From Eledone cirrhosa (Eukaryota): a DNA stretch of 64,000 nucleotides. Location: positions 36,456,001 to 36,520,000 of the forward strand of contig OZ024758.1 of assembly GCA_964016885.1 (NCBI GenBank). The letters are read 5' to 3'. Under the pieces are notes generated by a model. That model saw only the letters and a program-made list of their open reading frames with translations. It was not told where the DNA came from and did no database searches. How positions within the stretch are numbered: position 1 is the first letter of the stretch; the number at the start of each line of letters is the position of its first letter. This document shows positions 39,601-51,800 of the stretch, in pieces. Position numbers and translations under genes: made by a program.

Positions 39601-42600
39601 AGTCACTCCACTGTTGGTGAGAATTCATTTACGTTCATGGTACTAGCTGTCAGAAGTAACCCCAATGTTGGTGAGAATTCATTTAAGTTCATGGTATTAG
39701 CTGTCAGAAGTCACTCCACTGTTGGTGAGAATTCATTTAAGTTCATGGTATTAGCTGTCAGAAGTAACTCCACTGTTGGTAAGAATTCATTTAAGTTCAT
39801 GGTATTAGCTGTCAGAAGTAACTCCACTGTTGGTGAGAATTCATTTAAGTTCATGGTATTAGCTGTCAGAAGGAACGCCACTGTTGGTGAGAATTCATTT
39901 AAGTTCATGGTATTAGCTGTCAGAAGTAACTCCACTGTTGGTGAGAATTCATTTAAGTTCATGGTACTAGCTGTCAGAAGTAACTCCAATGTTGGTGAGA
40001 ATTCATTTAAGTTCATGGTATTAGCTGTCAGAAGGAACTCCACTGTTGCTGAGAATTCATTTAAGTTCATGGTATTAGCTGTCAGAAGTAACTCCACTGT
40101 TGGTGAGAATTCATTTAAGTTCATGGTACTAGCTGTCAGAAGTAACTCCACTGTTGGTGAGAATTCATTTAAGTTCATGGTATTAGTTTGTCAGAAGTAA
40201 CTCCACTGTTGGTGAGAATTCATTTAAGTCATGGTATTAGTTGTCAGAAGTAACTCCAATGTTGGTGAGAATTCATTTAAGTTCATGGTACTAGCTGTCA
40301 GAAGTAACTCCACTGTTGGTGAGAATTCATTTAAGTTCATGGTAATAGCTGTCAGAAGTAACTCCACTGTTGGTGAGAATTCATTTAAGTCATGTTATTA
40401 GCTGTCAGAAGTAACTCCAATGTTGGTGAGAATTCATTTAAGTCATGGTACTAGCTGTCAGAAGTAACTCCAATGTTGGTGAGAATTCATTTAAGTTCAT
40501 GGTATTAGCTGTCAGAAGTAACTACACTGTTGGTGAGAATTCATTTAAGTTCATGGTATTAGCTGTCAGAAGTAACTCCACTGTTGGTGAGAATTCATTT
40601 AAGTCATGGTATTAGCTGTCAGAAGTAACTCCACTGTTGGTGAGAATTCATTTAAGTTCATGGTATTAGCTGTCAGAAGGAACGCCACTGTTGGTGAGAA
40701 TTCATTTAAGTTCATGGTATTAGCTGTCAGAAGTAACTCCACTGTTGGTGAGAATTCATTTTAGTTCATGGTATTAGCTGTCAGAAGTAACTCCACTGTT
40801 GGTGAGAATTCATTTAAGTTCATAGTACTAGCTGTCAGAAGTAACTCCATTGTTGGTGAGAATTCATTTAAGTTCATGGTATTAGCTGTCAGAAGTCACT
40901 CCAATGTTGGTGAGAATTCATTTAAGTTCATGGTATTAGCTGTCAGAAGTCACTCCACTGTTGGTGAGAATTCATTTAAGTTCATGGTACTAGCTGTCAG
41001 AAGTAACCCCAATGTTGGTGAGAATTCATTTAAGTTCATGGTATTAGCTGTCAGAAGTCACTCCAATGTTGGTGAGAATTCATTTAAGTTCATGGTATTA
41101 GCTGTCAGAAGTAACTCCACTGTTGGTGAGAATTCATTTAAGTTCATGGTATTAGCTGTCAGAAGGAACTCCACTGTTGGTGAGAATTCATTTAAGTTCA
41201 TGGTACTAGCTGTCAGAAGTAACTCCACTGTTGGTGAGAATTCATTTAAGTTCATGGTATTAGTTTGTCAGAAGTAACTCCACTGTTGGTGAGAATTCAT
41301 TTAAGTTCATGGTATTAGCTGTCAGAAGTAACTCCACTGTTGGTGAGAATTCATTTAAGTTCATGGTACTAGCTGTCAGAAGTAACTCCACTGTTGGTGA
41401 GAATTCATTTAAGTTCATGGTATTAGTTTGTCAGAAGTAACTCCACTGTTGGTGAGAATTCATTTAAGTCATGGTATTAGTTGTCAGAAGTAACTCCAAT
41501 GTTGGTGAGAATTCATTTAAGTTCATGGTATTAGCTGTCAGAAGGAACTCCACTGTTGGTGAGAATTCATTTAAGTTCATGGTATTAGCTGTCAGAAGGA
41601 ACTCCAATGTTGGTGAGAATTCATTTAAGTCATGGTACTAGCTGTCAGAAGTAACTCCACTGTTGGTGAGAATTCATTTAAGTTCATGGTATTAGCTGTC
41701 AGAAGGAACTCCACTGTTGGTGAGAATTCATTTAAGTTCATGGTATTAGCTGTCAGAAGGAACGCCACTGTTGGTGAGAATTCATTTAAGTTCATGGTAT
41801 TAGCTGTCAGAAGTAACTCCACTGTTGGTGAGAATTCATTTAAGTTCATGGTACTAGCTGTCAGAAGTAACTCCAATGTTGGTGAGAATTCATTTAAGTT
41901 CATGGTATTAGCTGTCAGAAGTAACTCCACTGTTGGTGAGAATTCATTTAAGTCATGGTATTAGCTGTCAGAAGTAACTCCACTGTTGGTGAGAATTCAT
42001 TTAAGTTCATGGTATTAGCTGTCAGAAGGAACTCCACTGTTGGTGAGAATTCATTTAAGTTCATGGTACTAGCTGTCAGAAGTAACTCCAATGTTGGTGA
42101 GAATTCATTTAAGTTCATGGTATTAGCTGCCAGAAGTAACTCCACTGTTGGTGAGTATTCATTTACGTTCATGGTATTAGTTTGTCAGAAGTAACTCCAC
42201 TGTTGGTGAGAATTCATTTAAGTCATGGTATTAGTTGTCAGAAGTAACTCCAATGTTGGTGAGAATTCATTTAAGTTCATGGTAATAGCTGTCAGAAGTA
42301 ACTCCACTGTTGGTGAGAATTCATTTAAGTCATGGTATTAGCTGTCAGAAGTAACTCCAATGTTGGTGAGAATTCATTTAAGTCATGGTACTAGCTGTCA
42401 GAAGTCACTCCACTGTTGGTGAGAATTCATTTAAGTTCATGGTACTAGCTGTCAGAAGTAACCCCAATGTTGGTGAGAATTCATTTAAGTTCATGGTATT
42501 AGCTGTCAGAAGTCACTCCAATGTTGGTGAGAATTCATTTAAGTTCATGGTATTAGCTGTCAGAAGTAACTCCACTGTTGGTAAGAATTCATTTAAGTTC

Positions 42601-44480
42601 ATGGTATTAGCTGTCAGAAGTAACTCCACTGTTGGTGAGAATTCATTTAAGTTCATGGTATTAGCTGTCAGAAGGAACGCCACTGTTGGTGAGAATTCAT
42701 TTAAGTTCATGGTATTAGCTGTCAGAAGTAACTCCACTGTTGGTGAGAATTCATTTAAGTTCATGGTACTAGCTGTCAGAAGTAACTCCAATGTTGGTGA
42801 GAATTCATTTAAGTTCATGGTATTAGCTGTCAGAAGGAACTCCACTGTTGCTGAGAATTCATTTAAGTTCATGGTATTAGCTGTCAGAAGTAACTCCACT
42901 GTTGGTGAGAATTCATTTAAGTTCATGGTACTAGCTGTCAGAAGTAACTCCACTGTTGGTGAGAATTCATTTAAGTTCATGGTATTAGCTGTCAGAAGTC
43001 ACTCCAATGTTGGTGAGAATTCATTTAAGTTCATGGTATTAGCTGTCAGAAGTCACTCCACTGTTGGTGAGAATTCATTTAAGTTCATGGTACTAGCTGT
43101 CAGAAGTAACCCCAATGTTGGTGAGAATTCATTTAAGTCATGGTATTAGCTGTCAGAAGTAACTCCACTGTTGGTGAGAATTCATTTAAGTTCATGGTAT
43201 TAGCTGTCAGAAGTAACTCCACTGTTGGTGAGAATTCATTTAAGTTCATGGTATTAGTTTGTCAGAAGTAACTCCACTGTTGGTGAGAATTCATTTAAGT
43301 CATGGTATCAGTTGTCAGAAGTAACTCCAATGTTGGTGAGAATTCATTTAAGTTCATGGTACTAGCTGTCAGAAGTAACTCCACTGTTGGTGAGAATTCA
43401 TTTAAGTTCATGGTAATAGCTGTCAGAAGTAACTCCACTGTTGGTGAGAATTCATTTAAGTCATGTTATTAGCTGTCAGAAGTAACTCCAATGTTGGTGA
43501 GAATTCATTTAAGTCATGGTACTAGCTGTCAGAAGTAACTCCAATGTTGGTGAGAATTCATTTAAGTTCATGGTATTAGCTGTAAGAAGTAACTCCACTG
43601 TTGGTGAGAATTCATTTAAGTTCATGGTATTAGCTGTCAGAAGTAACTCCACTGTTGGTGAGAATTCATTTAAGTCATGGTATTAGCTGTCAGAAGTAAC
43701 TCCACTGTTGGTGAGAATTCATTTAAGTTCATGGTATTAGCTGTCAGAAGGAACGCCACTGTTGGTGAGAATTCATTTAAGTTCATGGTATTAGCTGTCA
43801 GAAGTAACTCCACTGTTGGTGAGAATTCATTTAATTTCATGGTATTAGCTGTCAGAAGTAACTCCACTGTTGGTGAGAATTCATTTAAGTTCATGGTACT
43901 AGCTGTCAGAAGTAACTCCAATGTTGGTGAGAATTCATTTAAGTTCATGGTATTAGCTGTCAGAAGTAACTCCACTGTTGGTGAGAATTCATTTAAGTCA
44001 TGGTATTAGCTGTCAGAAGTAACTCCACTGTTGGTGAGAATTCATTTAAGTTCATGGTATTAGCTGTCAGAAGGAACTCCACTGTTGGTGAGAATTCATT
44101 TAAGTTCATGGTACTAGCTGTCAGAAGTAACTCCAATGTTGGTGAGAATTCATTTAAGTTCATGGTATTAGCTGTCAGAAGTAACTCCACTGTTGGTGAG
44201 TATTCATTTAAGTCATGGTATTAGCTGTCAGAAGTAACTCCACTGTTGGTGAGAATTCATTTAAGTTCATGGTATTAGCTGTCAGAGGTAACTCCACTGT
44301 TGGTGAGAATTCATTTAAGTTCATGGTATTAGCTGTCAGAAGTAACTCCACTGTTGGTGAGAATTCATTTACGTTCATGGTATTAGTTTGTCAGAAGTAA
44401 CTCCACTGTTGGTGAGAATTCATTTAAGTCATGGTATTAGTTGTCAGAAGTAACTCCAATGTTGGTGAGAATTCATTTAA
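33650..44480 (+). repeat. ~4.1-kb block duplicated at 6677-bp offset (124 monomers)
   Basis: Private ATTTTAGTTC at ~34081 and ~40758. ORFs 34091/40768, 34955/41632, 35708/42385, 37000/43677 and 37538/44215 are offset by 6677. Confidence 0.9.
37200..40520 (+). repeat. Tandem duplication, 1669-bp offset (31 monomers)
   Basis: ORFs 37538/39207 and 37914/39583 are offset by 1669 and share CAGAGGTAAC and the CACTCCACT..TTTACG variant order. Confidence 0.8.
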
Positions 44481-45880
44481 GTCATGGTATTAGTTGTCAG
44501 AAGTAACTCCAATGTTGGTGAGAATTCATTTAAGTTCATGGTACTAGCTGTCAGAAGTAACTCCACTGTTGGTGAGAATTCATTTAAGTTCATGGTAATA
44601 GCTGTCAGAAGTAACTCCACTGTTGGTGAGAATTCATTTAAGTCATGTTATTACCTGTCAGAAGTAACTCCACTGTTGGTGAGAATTCATTTAAGTCATG
44701 GTATTAGTTGTCAGAAGTAACTCCAATGTTGGTGAGAATTCATTTAAGTTCATGGTACTAGCTGTCAGAAGTAACTCCACTGTTGGTGAGAATTCATTTA
44801 AGTTCATGGTAATAGCTGTCAGAAGTAACTCCACTGTTGGTGAGAATTCATTTAAGTCATGTTATTAGCTGTCAGAAGTAACTCCAATGTTGGTGAGAAT
44901 TCATTTAAGTCATGGTACTAGCTGTCAGAAGTAACTCCAATGTTGGTGAGAATTCATTTAAGTTCATGGTATTAGCTGTAAGAAGTAACTCCACTGTTGG
45001 TGAGAATTCATTTAAGTTCATGGTATTAGCTGTCAGAAGTAACTCCACTGTTGGTGAGAATTCATTTAAGTCATGGTATTAGCTGTCAGAAGTAACTCCA
45101 CTGTTGGTGAGAATTCATTTAAGTTCATGGTATTAGCTGTCAGAAGGAACGCCACTGTTGGTGAGAATTCATTTAAGTTCATGGTATTAGCTGTCAGAAG
45201 TAACTCCACTGTTGGTGAGAATTCATTTAATTTCATGGTATTAGCTGTCAGAAGTAACTCCACTGTTGGTGAGAATTCATTTAAGTTCATGGTACTAGCT
45301 GTCAGAAGTAACTCCAATGTTGGTGAGAATTCATTTAAGTTCATGGTATTAGCTGTCAGAAGTAACTCCACTGTTGGTGAGAATTCATTTAAGTCATGGT
45401 ATTAGCTGTCAGAAGTAACTCCACTGTTGGTGAGAATTCATTTAAGTTCATGGTATTAGCTGTCAGAAGGAACTCCACTGTTGGTGAGAATTCATTTAAG
45501 TTCATGGTACTAGCTGTCAGAAGTAACTCCAATGTTGGTGAGAATTCATTTAAGTTCATGGTATTAGCTGTCAGAAGTAACTCCACTGTTGGTGAGTATT
45601 CATTTAAGTCATGGTATTAGCTGTCAGAAGTAACTCCACTGTTGGTGAGAATTCATTTAAGTTCATGGTATTAGCTGTCAGAGGTAACTCCACTGTTGGT
45701 GAGAATTCATTTAAGTTCATGGTATTAGCTGTCAGAAGTAACTCCACTGTTGGTGAGAATTCATTTACGTTCATGGTATTAGTTTGTCAGAAGTAACTCC
45801 ACTGTTGGTGAGAATTCATTTAAGTCATGGTATTAGTTGTCAGAAGTAACTCCAATGTTGGTGAGAATTCATTTAAGTTC
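43270..45880 (+). repeat. Tandem duplication, 1396-bp offset (26 monomers)
   Basis: GCTGTAAGAAG at ~43579 and ~44975. ORFs 43677/45073, 44000/45396 and 44215/45611. Confidence 0.85.
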
Positions 45881-48800
45881 ATGGTAATAGCTGTCAGAAG
45901 TAACTCCACTGTTGGTGAGAATTCATTTAAGTCATGGTATTAGCTGTCAGAAGTAACTCCAATGTTGGTGAGAATTCATTTAAGTCATGGTACTAGCTGT
46001 CAGAAGTCACTCCACTGTTGGTGAGAATTCATTTACGTTCATGGTACTAGCTGTCAGAAGTAACCCCAATGTTGGTGAGAATTCATTTAAGTTCATGGTA
46101 TTAGCTGTCAGAAGTCACTCCACTGTTGGTGAGAATTCATTTAAGTTCATGGTATTAGCTGTCAGAAGTAACTCCACTGTTGGTAAGAATTCATTTAAGT
46201 TCATGGTATTAGCTGTCAGAAGTAACTCCACTGTTGGTGAGAATTCATTTAAGTTCATGGTATTAGCTGTCAGAAGGAACGCCACTGTTGGTGAGAATTC
46301 ATTTAAGTTCATGGTATTAGCTGTCAGAAGTAACTCCACTGTTGGTGAGAATTCATTTAAGTTCATGGTACTAGCTGTCAGAAGTAACTCCAATGTTGGT
46401 GAGAATTCATTTAAGTTCATGGTATTAGCTGTCAGAAGGAACTCCACTGTTGCTGAGAATTCATTTAAGTTCATGGTATTAGCTGTCAGAAGTAACTCCA
46501 CTGTTGGTGAGAATTCATTTAAGTTCATGGTACTAGCTGTCAGAAGTAACTCCACTGTTGGTGAGAATTCATTTAAGTTCATGGTATTAGCTGTCAGAAG
46601 TCACTCCAATGTTGGTGAGAATTCATTTAAGTTCATGGTATTAGCTGTCAGAAGTAACTCCACTGTTGGTGAGAATTCATTTAAGTTCATGGTATTAGTT
46701 TGTCAGAAGTAACTCCACTGTTGGTGAGAATTCATTTAAGTCATGGTATTAGTTGTCAGAAGTAACTCCAATGTTGGTGAGAATTCATTTAAGTTCATGG
46801 TACTAGCTGTCAGAAGTAACTCCACTGTTGGTGAGAATTCATTTAAGTTCATGGTAATAGCTGTCAGAAGTAACTCCACTGTTGGTGAGAATTCATTTAA
46901 GTCATGTTATTAGCTGTCAGAAGTAACTCCAATGTTGGTGAGAATTCATTTAAGTCATGGTACTAGCTGTCAGAAGTAACTCCAATGTTGGTGAGAATTC
47001 ATTTAAGTTCATGGTATTAGCTGTCAGAAGTAACTCCACTGTTGGTGAGAATTCATTTAAGTTCATGGTATTAGCTGTCAGAAGTAACTCCACTGTTGGT
47101 GAGAATTCATTTAAGTCATGGTATTAGCTGTCAGAAGTAACTCCACTGTTGGTGAGAATTCATTTAAGTTCATGGTATTAGCTGTCAGAAGGAACGCCAC
47201 TGTTGGTGAGAATTCATTTAAGTTCATGGTATTAGCTGTCAGAAGTAACTCCACTGTTGGTGAGAATTCATTTAAGTTCATGGTATTAGCTGTCAGAAGT
47301 AACTCCACTGTTGGTGAGAATTCATTTAAGTTCATAGTACTAGCTGTCAGAAGTAACTCCACTGTTGGTGAGAATTCATTTAAGTTCATGGTATTAGCTG
47401 TCAGAAGTCACTCCAATGTTGGTGAGAATTCATTTAAGTTCATGGTATTAGCTGTCAGAAGTCACTCCACTGTTGGTGAGAATTCATTTAAGTTCATGGT
47501 ACTAGCTGTCAGAAGTAACCCCAATGTTGGTGAGAATTCATTTAAGTTCATGGTATTAGCTGTCAGAAGTCACTCCAATGTTGGTGAGAATTCATTTAAG
47601 TTCATGGTATTAGCTGTCAGAAGTAACTCCACTGTTGGTGAGAATTCATTTAAGTTCATGGTATTAGCTGTCAGAAGGAACTCCACTGTTGGTGAGAATT
47701 CATTTAAGTTCATGGTACTAGCTGTCAGAAGTAACTCCACTGTTGGTGAGAATTCATTTAAGTTCATGGTATTAGTTTGTCAGAAGTAACTCCACTGTTG
47801 GTGAGAATTCATTTAAGTTCATGGTATTAGCTGTCAGAAGTAACTCCACTGTTGGTGAGAATTCATTTAAGTTCATGGTACTAGCTGTCAGAAGTAACTC
47901 CACTGTTGGTGAGAATTCATTTAAGTTCATGGTATTAGTTTGTCAGAAGTTACTCCACTGTTGGTGAGAATTCATTTAAGTCATGGTATTAGTTGTCAGA
48001 AGTAACTCCAATGTTGGTGAGAATTCATTTAAGTTCATGGTATTAGCTGTCAGAAGGAACTCCACTGTTGGTGAGAATTCATTTAAGTTCATGGTATTAG
48101 CTGTCAGAAGGAACTCCAATGTTGGTGAGAATTCATTTAAGTCATGGTACTAGCTGTCAGAAGTAACTCCAATGTTGGTGAGAATTCATTTAAGTTCATG
48201 GTATTAGCTGTCAGAAGGAACTCCACTGTTGGTGAGAATTCATTTAAGTTCATGGTACTAGCTGTCAGAAGTAACTCCAATGTTGGTGAGAATTCATTTA
48301 AGTTCATGGTATTAGCTGCCAGAAGTAACTCCACTGTTGGTGAGTATTCATTTACGTTCATGGTATTAGTTTGTCAGAAGTAACTCCACTGTTGGTGAGA
48401 ATTCATTTAAGTCATGGTATTAGTTGTCAGAAGTAACTCCAATGTTGGTGAGAATTCATTTAAGTTCATGGTAATAGCTGTCAGAAGTAACTCCACTGTT
48501 GGTGAGAATTCATTTAAGTCATGGTATTAGCTGTCAGAAGTAACTCCAATGTTGGTGAGAATTCATTTAAGTCATGGTACTAGCTGTCAGAAGTCACTCC
48601 ACTGTTGGTGAGAATTCATTTAAGTTCATGGTACTAGCTGTCAGAAGTAACCCCAATGTTGGTGAGAATTCATTTAAGTTCATGGTATTAGCTGTCAGAA
48701 GTCACTCCAATGTTGGTGAGAATTCATTTAAGTTCATGGTATTAGCTGTCAGAAGTAACTCCACTGTTGGTAAGAATTCATTTAAGTTCATGGTATTAGC

Positions 48801-51800
48801 TGTCAGAAGTAACTCCACTGTTGGTGAGAATTCATTTAAGTTCATGGTATTAGCTGTCAGAAGGAACGCCACTGTTGGTGAGAATTCATTTAAGTTCATG
48901 GTATTAGCTGTCAGAAGTAACTCCACTGTTGGTGAGAATTCATTTAAGTTCATGGTACTAGCTGTCAGAAGTAACTCCAATGTTGGTGAGAATTCATTTA
49001 AGTTCATGGTATTAGCTGTCAGAAGGAACTCCACTGTTGGTGAGAATTCATTTAAGTTCATGGTATTAGCTGTCAGAAGGAACTCCAATGTTGGTGAGAA
49101 TTCATTTAAGTCATGGTACTAGCTGTCAGAAGTAACTCCAATGTTGGTGAGAATTCATTTAAGTTCATGGTATTAGCTGTCAGAAGGAACTCCACTGTTG
49201 GTGAGAATTCATTTAAGTTCATGGTACTAGCTGTCAGAAGTAACTCCAATGTTGGTGAGAATTCATTTAAGTTCATGGTATTAGCTGCCAGAAGTAACTC
49301 CACTGTTGGTGAGTATTCATTTACGTTCATGGTATTAGTTTGTCAGAAGTAACTCCACTGTTGGTGAGAATTCATTTAAGTCATGGTATTAGTTGTCAGA
49401 AGTAACTCCAATGTTGGTGAGAATTCATTTAAGTTCATGGTAATAGCTGTCAGAAGTAACTCCACTGTTGGTGAGAATTCATTTAAGTCATGGTATTAGC
49501 TGTCAGAAGTAACTCCAATGTTGGTGAGAATTCATTTAAGTCATGGTACTAGCTGTCAGAAGTCACTCCACTGTTGGTGAGAATTCATTTAAGTTCATGG
49601 TACTAGCTGTCAGAAGTAACCCCAATGTTGGTGAGAATTCATTTAAGTTCATGGTATTAGCTGTCAGAAGTCACTCCAATGTTGGTGAGAATTCATTTAA
49701 GTTCATGGTATTAGCTGTCAGAAGTAACTCCACTGTTGGTAAGAATTCATTTAAGTTCATGGTATTAGCTGTCAGAAGTAACTCCACTGTTGGTGAGAAT
49801 TCATTTAAGTTCATGGTATTAGCTGTCAGAAGGAACGCCACTGTTGGTGAGAATTCATTTAAGTTCATGGTATTAGCTGTCAGAAGTAACTCCACTGTTG
49901 GTGAGAATTCATTTAAGTTCATGGTACTAGCTGTCAGAAGTAACTCCAATGTTGGTGAGAATTCATTTAAGTTCATGGTATTAGCTGTCAGAAGGAACTC
50001 CACTGTTGCTGAGAATTCATTTAAGTTCATGGTATTAGCTGTCAGAAGTAACTCCACTGTTGGTGAGAATTCATTTAAGTTCATGGTACTAGCTGTCAGA
50101 AGTAACTCCACTGTTGGTGAGAATTCATTTAAGTTCATGGTATTAGCTGTCAGAAGTCACTCCAATGTTGGTGAGAATTCATTTAAGTTCATGGTATTAG
50201 CTGTCAGAAGTCACTCCACTGTTGGTGAGAATTCATTTAAGTTCATGGTACTAGCTGTCAGAAGTAACCCCAATGTTGGTGAGAATTCATTTAAGTCATG
50301 GTATTAGCTGTCAGAAGTAACTCCACTGTTGGTGAGAATTCATTTAAGTTCATGGTATTAGCTGTCAGAAGTAACTCCACTGTTGGTGAGAATTCATTTA
50401 AGTTCATGGTATTAGTTTGTCAGAAGTAACTCCACTGTTGGTGAGAATTCATTTAAGTCATGGTATTAGTTGTCAGAAGTAACTCCAATGTTGGTGAGAA
50501 TTCATTTAAGTTCATGGTACTAGCTGTCAGAAGTAACTCCACTGTTGGTGAGAATTCATTTAAGTTCATGGTAATAGCTGTCAGAAGTAACTCCACTGTT
50601 GGTGAGAATTCATTTAAGTCATGTTATTAGCTGTCAGAAGTAACTCCAATGTTGGTGAGAATTCATTTAAGTCATGGTACTAGCTGTCAGAAGTAACTCC
50701 AATGTTGGTGAGAATTCATTTAAGTTCATGGTATTAGCTGTAAGAAGTAACTCCACTGTTGGTGAGAATTCATTTAAGTTCATGGTATTAGCTGTCAGAA
50801 GTAACTCCACTGTTGGTGAGAATTCATTTAAGTCATGGTATTAGCTGTCAGAAGTAACTCCACTGTTGGTGAGAATTCATTTAAGTTCATGGTATTAGCT
50901 GTCAGAAGGAACGCCACTGTTGGTGAGAATTCATTTAAGTTCATGGTATTAGCTGTCAGAAGTAACTCCACTGTTGGTGAGAATTCATTTAATTTCATGG
51001 TATTAGCTGTCAGAAGTAACTCCACTGTTGGTGAGAATTCATTTAAGTTCATGGTACTAGCTGTCAGAAGTAACTCCAATGTTGGTGAGAATTCATTTAA
51101 GTTCATGGTATTAGCTGTCAGAAGTAACTCCACTGTTGGTGAGAATTCATTTAAGTCATGGTATTAGCTGTCAGAAGTAACTCCACTGTTGGTGAGAATT
51201 CATTTAAGTTCATGGTATTAGCTGTCAGAAGGAACTCCACTGTTGGTGAGAATTCATTTAAGTTCATGGTACTAGCTGTCAGAAGTAACTCCAATGTTGG
51301 TGAGAATTCATTTAAGTTCATGGTATTAGCTGTCAGAAGTAACTCCACTGTTGGTGAGTATTCATTTAAGTCATGGTATTAGCTGTCAGAAGTAACTCCA
51401 CTGTTGGTGAGAATTCATTTAAGTTCATGGTATTAGCTGTCAGAGGTAACTCCACTGTTGGTGAGAATTCATTTAAGTTCATGGTATTAGCTGTCAGAAG
51501 GAACTCCACTGTTGGTGAGAATTCATTTAAGTTCATGGTACTAGCTGTCAGAAGTAACTCCAATGTTGGTGAGAATTCATTTAAGTTCATGGTATTAGCT
51601 GTCAGAAGTAACTCCACTGTTGGTGAGTATTCATTTAAGTCATGGTATTAGCTGTCAGAAGTAACTCCACTGTTGGTGAGAATTCATTTAAGTTCATGGT
51701 ATTAGCTGTCAGAGGTAACTCCACTGTTGGTGAGAATTCATTTAAGTTCATGGTATTAGCTGTCAGAAGTAACTCCACTGTTGGTGAGAATTCATTTAAG

